Assembly (NCBI GenBank): GCA_963785415.1
Contig: CAWAVB010000002.1
Coordinates: 13,434 to 77,433, forward strand
Length of the DNA: 64,000 nucleotides
Origin: an uncultured Acidimicrobiaceae bacterium
GTDB taxonomy: Bacteria; Actinomycetota; Acidimicrobiia; Acidimicrobiales; Bog-793
Direction: 5' to 3'
The notes below the pieces were generated by a model. That model was given only the letters and a program-made list of their open reading frames with translations, ran no database searches and was not told where the DNA came from. The translations under genes and the position numbers were made by a program. Below, piece after piece: positions 62,375 through 64,000 of the stretch. Every line of letters starts with the position of its first letter. Positions within the stretch are counted from its first letter, which is position 1.

Positions 62375-63457
62375 TCAGACTCCGGTGAGGAAGCGCACGT
62401 CGTTCTCGACAAGGGTGCGCAGGTCCTCGATCCCGTGCCGCATGATCGCCACGCGGTCGATGCCGAACCCGAAGGCGAAGCCCGACCACACCTCCGGGTC
62501 GACGCCAGTCGATTCGAGCACCGCGGGGTGGACCATCCCGCAGCCGCCGAGCTCGATCCAGCCGACCCCGGCGCAGGTGCGGCAGCCGACCCCGCCGCAG
62601 ATCGTGCAGGAGATGTCGAACTCCGCAGACGGCTCGGTGAACGGGAAGTACCCCGGCCGCAGCCGCGCCGTGACGTCGGTCCCGAAGATCGCCTTGGTAA
62701 AGGTGTCGATCGTCCCGGCGAGATCGCCGAAGGTGACTCCGGTATCGACGACGAGCCCCTCGACCTGGTGGAAAACCGGGAGGTGCGAGGCGTCGGGCGT
62801 GTCGCGGCGGTAGACGAGGCCGGGCATGACGGCGTAGATCGGCAGCTCCCCCCGTTCGAGGAGGTGGATCTGGACGGGCGACGTGTGGGTGCGGAGCACG
62901 ACGCTCTCCCCGTCGCCCAGGTCGAGGTAGAAGCTGTCCTGCCCGCTCCGGGCCGGGTGGTCCGGGGGCATGTTGAGCGCCGTGAAGTTGTACCAGTCGG
63001 TCTCCACCTCGGGTCCCTCGGCGATCTCGTAGCCCATGCCGAGGAACACGTCCTCGAGCTCCTCGCGCACCCGGTTCACGAGATGGAGGTGGCCGGGGCC
63101 GGGCGCCGGCAGGACCTCGGTGAGGTCGAGCCGGTCCGACTCGAGGACCGTGGCCCGCGCGACTTTCTCGAGGTCAGCCCGTCGGGTCGCGAAGAGCGTT
63201 TCGATGCGCGTCCGGGCCGCGTTGAGGGCCCCGCCGAGCTCCCGGCGCTCGGACTCGGCGAGGCCGCCGAGCGCCCGCTTCCAGACGTTCGGCGCGGCGC
63301 GCCGGCCGAGGAGTTCGGCCCAGGCGGCGTCGAGCGCGCCGAGGTCCTCGGCGCCGGCGACGAGGCCCTCGGCGCGGGTGACGTACGCGGCGATCGAGGC
63401 CGCGCTCGGCGGTCCGGTCGGTTCCTCGTCAGCGGCGACGGGCCTCTTGCGGTTCAC
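62375..63457 (-). CDS. pheS: Phenylalanyl-tRNA synthetase alpha subunit
   Basis: NFTALNMPPDHPAR, LRTHTSPVQI, YFPFTEPS, GFAFGFGIDR. Confidence 0.97.
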   Translation of the reverse strand: MNRKRPVAADEEPTGPPSAASIAAYVTRAEGLVAGAEDLGALDAAWAELLGRRAAPNVWKRALGGLAESERRELGGALNAARTRIETLFATRRADLEKVARATVLESDRLDLTEVLPAPGPGHLHLVNRVREELEDVFLGMGYEIAEGPEVETDWYNFTALNMPPDHPARSGQDSFYLDLGDGESVVLRTHTSPVQIHLLERGELPIYAVMPGLVYRRDTPDASHLPVFHQVEGLVVDTGVTFGDLAGTIDTFTKAIFGTDVTARLRPGYFPFTEPSAEFDISCTICGGVGCRTCAGVGWIELGGCGMVHPAVLESTGVDPEVWSGFAFGFGIDRVAIMRHGIEDLRTLVENDVRFLTGV

Positions 63458-63999
63458 GAGCGCTCATCGTAGGGCCCGCCCACGGCGAGCCCGAGACGAC
63501 GGGCGAGCTCGAAGCCGAGCACCGCGGCGGCCGTCGCGACGTTGAGCGACTCGGTCCCCGCGGCCATCGGGATCGTCACGACCGCGTCGAGCGCCGGTCC
63601 GAGCTCCGGCCCGAGCCCCTGCGCCTCGTTGCCGAGAACGAGGGCGACCTTGGGGCCGAGATCGACCGTCGAGTAGTCGGCGCCGCCCCGGGCCGCGGCG
63701 CCGACGCGCCGGTAACCCGCCGCGGCGAGTTGACCGAGCGCCACCGCAGCCGGCACATCGGCGACCACCGGCACGGAAAAGAGCGCCCCCGCCGAGGCGC
63801 GCACGGTCTTCGGGTTGTAAAGGTCCGCCGTCCCCTCGCAGCAAACGACGCCCCCGGCACCGGACCCGGCGGCGACGCGCACGATCGCGCCGAGGTTTCC
63901 CGGGTCGCGCACGTCGACGAGCACGTAGAGCAGTGGCGCGTGCACGACCGCGCCGAGCTCGGCGGCGACGGTCGCGACGACGGCGATGAGCGGCTGGGG
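63454..63999 (-). CDS. TrmH/SpoU-family RNA methyltransferase, 5'-truncated by the window edge
   Basis: DPGNLGAIVR, VLGNEAQGL, IPM..ESLNVATAA. Confidence 0.92.
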   Translation of the reverse strand, partial: PQPLIAVVATVAAELGAVVHAPLLYVLVDVRDPGNLGAIVRVAAGSGAGGVVCCEGTADLYNPKTVRASAGALFSVPVVADVPAAVALGQLAAAGYRRVGAAARGGADYSTVDLGPKVALVLGNEAQGLGPELGPALDAVVTIPMAAGTESLNVATAAAVLGFELARRLGLAVGGPYDERS

Positions 64000-64000
64000 C

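Overview
High-GC (roughly 70%, judged by eye) Actinomycetota chromosomal segment; the gene style suggests Acidimicrobiia (inference). The backbone is housekeeping: nadA (partial), the conserved polA-rpsA-coaE-uvrB-uvrA block, an AmmeMemoRadiSam pair (amrS-amrB) followed by a fused 2Fe-2S/molybdopterin oxidoreductase, an ANTAR response regulator, menC, tRNA-Leu(CAA), a fabD-fabH-fabG-acpP-fabF operon ending in an ABC1 kinase, patD-gabT, malic enzyme and trmH-pheS-pheT. Two ECF sigma/anti-sigma-like pairs, two ABC systems and several secreted proteins are interspersed. The most unusual region is a ~5 kb island at the tRNA-Leu 3' end (24-bp att direct repeat, 30400-30423 / 35363-35386) with no integrase. 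It is built from small genes, several with their own promoter-like elements, bracketed by paired repeats: a 14-bp palindrome-promoter module, a 24-bp G-rich repeat, and TGGTCACA / GCAGGTCAG motifs near the ends. Its cargo includes two HEPN-like (Rx4H) proteins, each next to a small H..TLCG..CxxC zinc-binding-like protein. An IS1380 sits inside one palindrome. An IS256 rewrites the C-terminus of an Arc/RHH regulator. Five genes carry single-base frameshifts; three are fixed by one extra base in a G5 run, which most likely reflects long-read errors.
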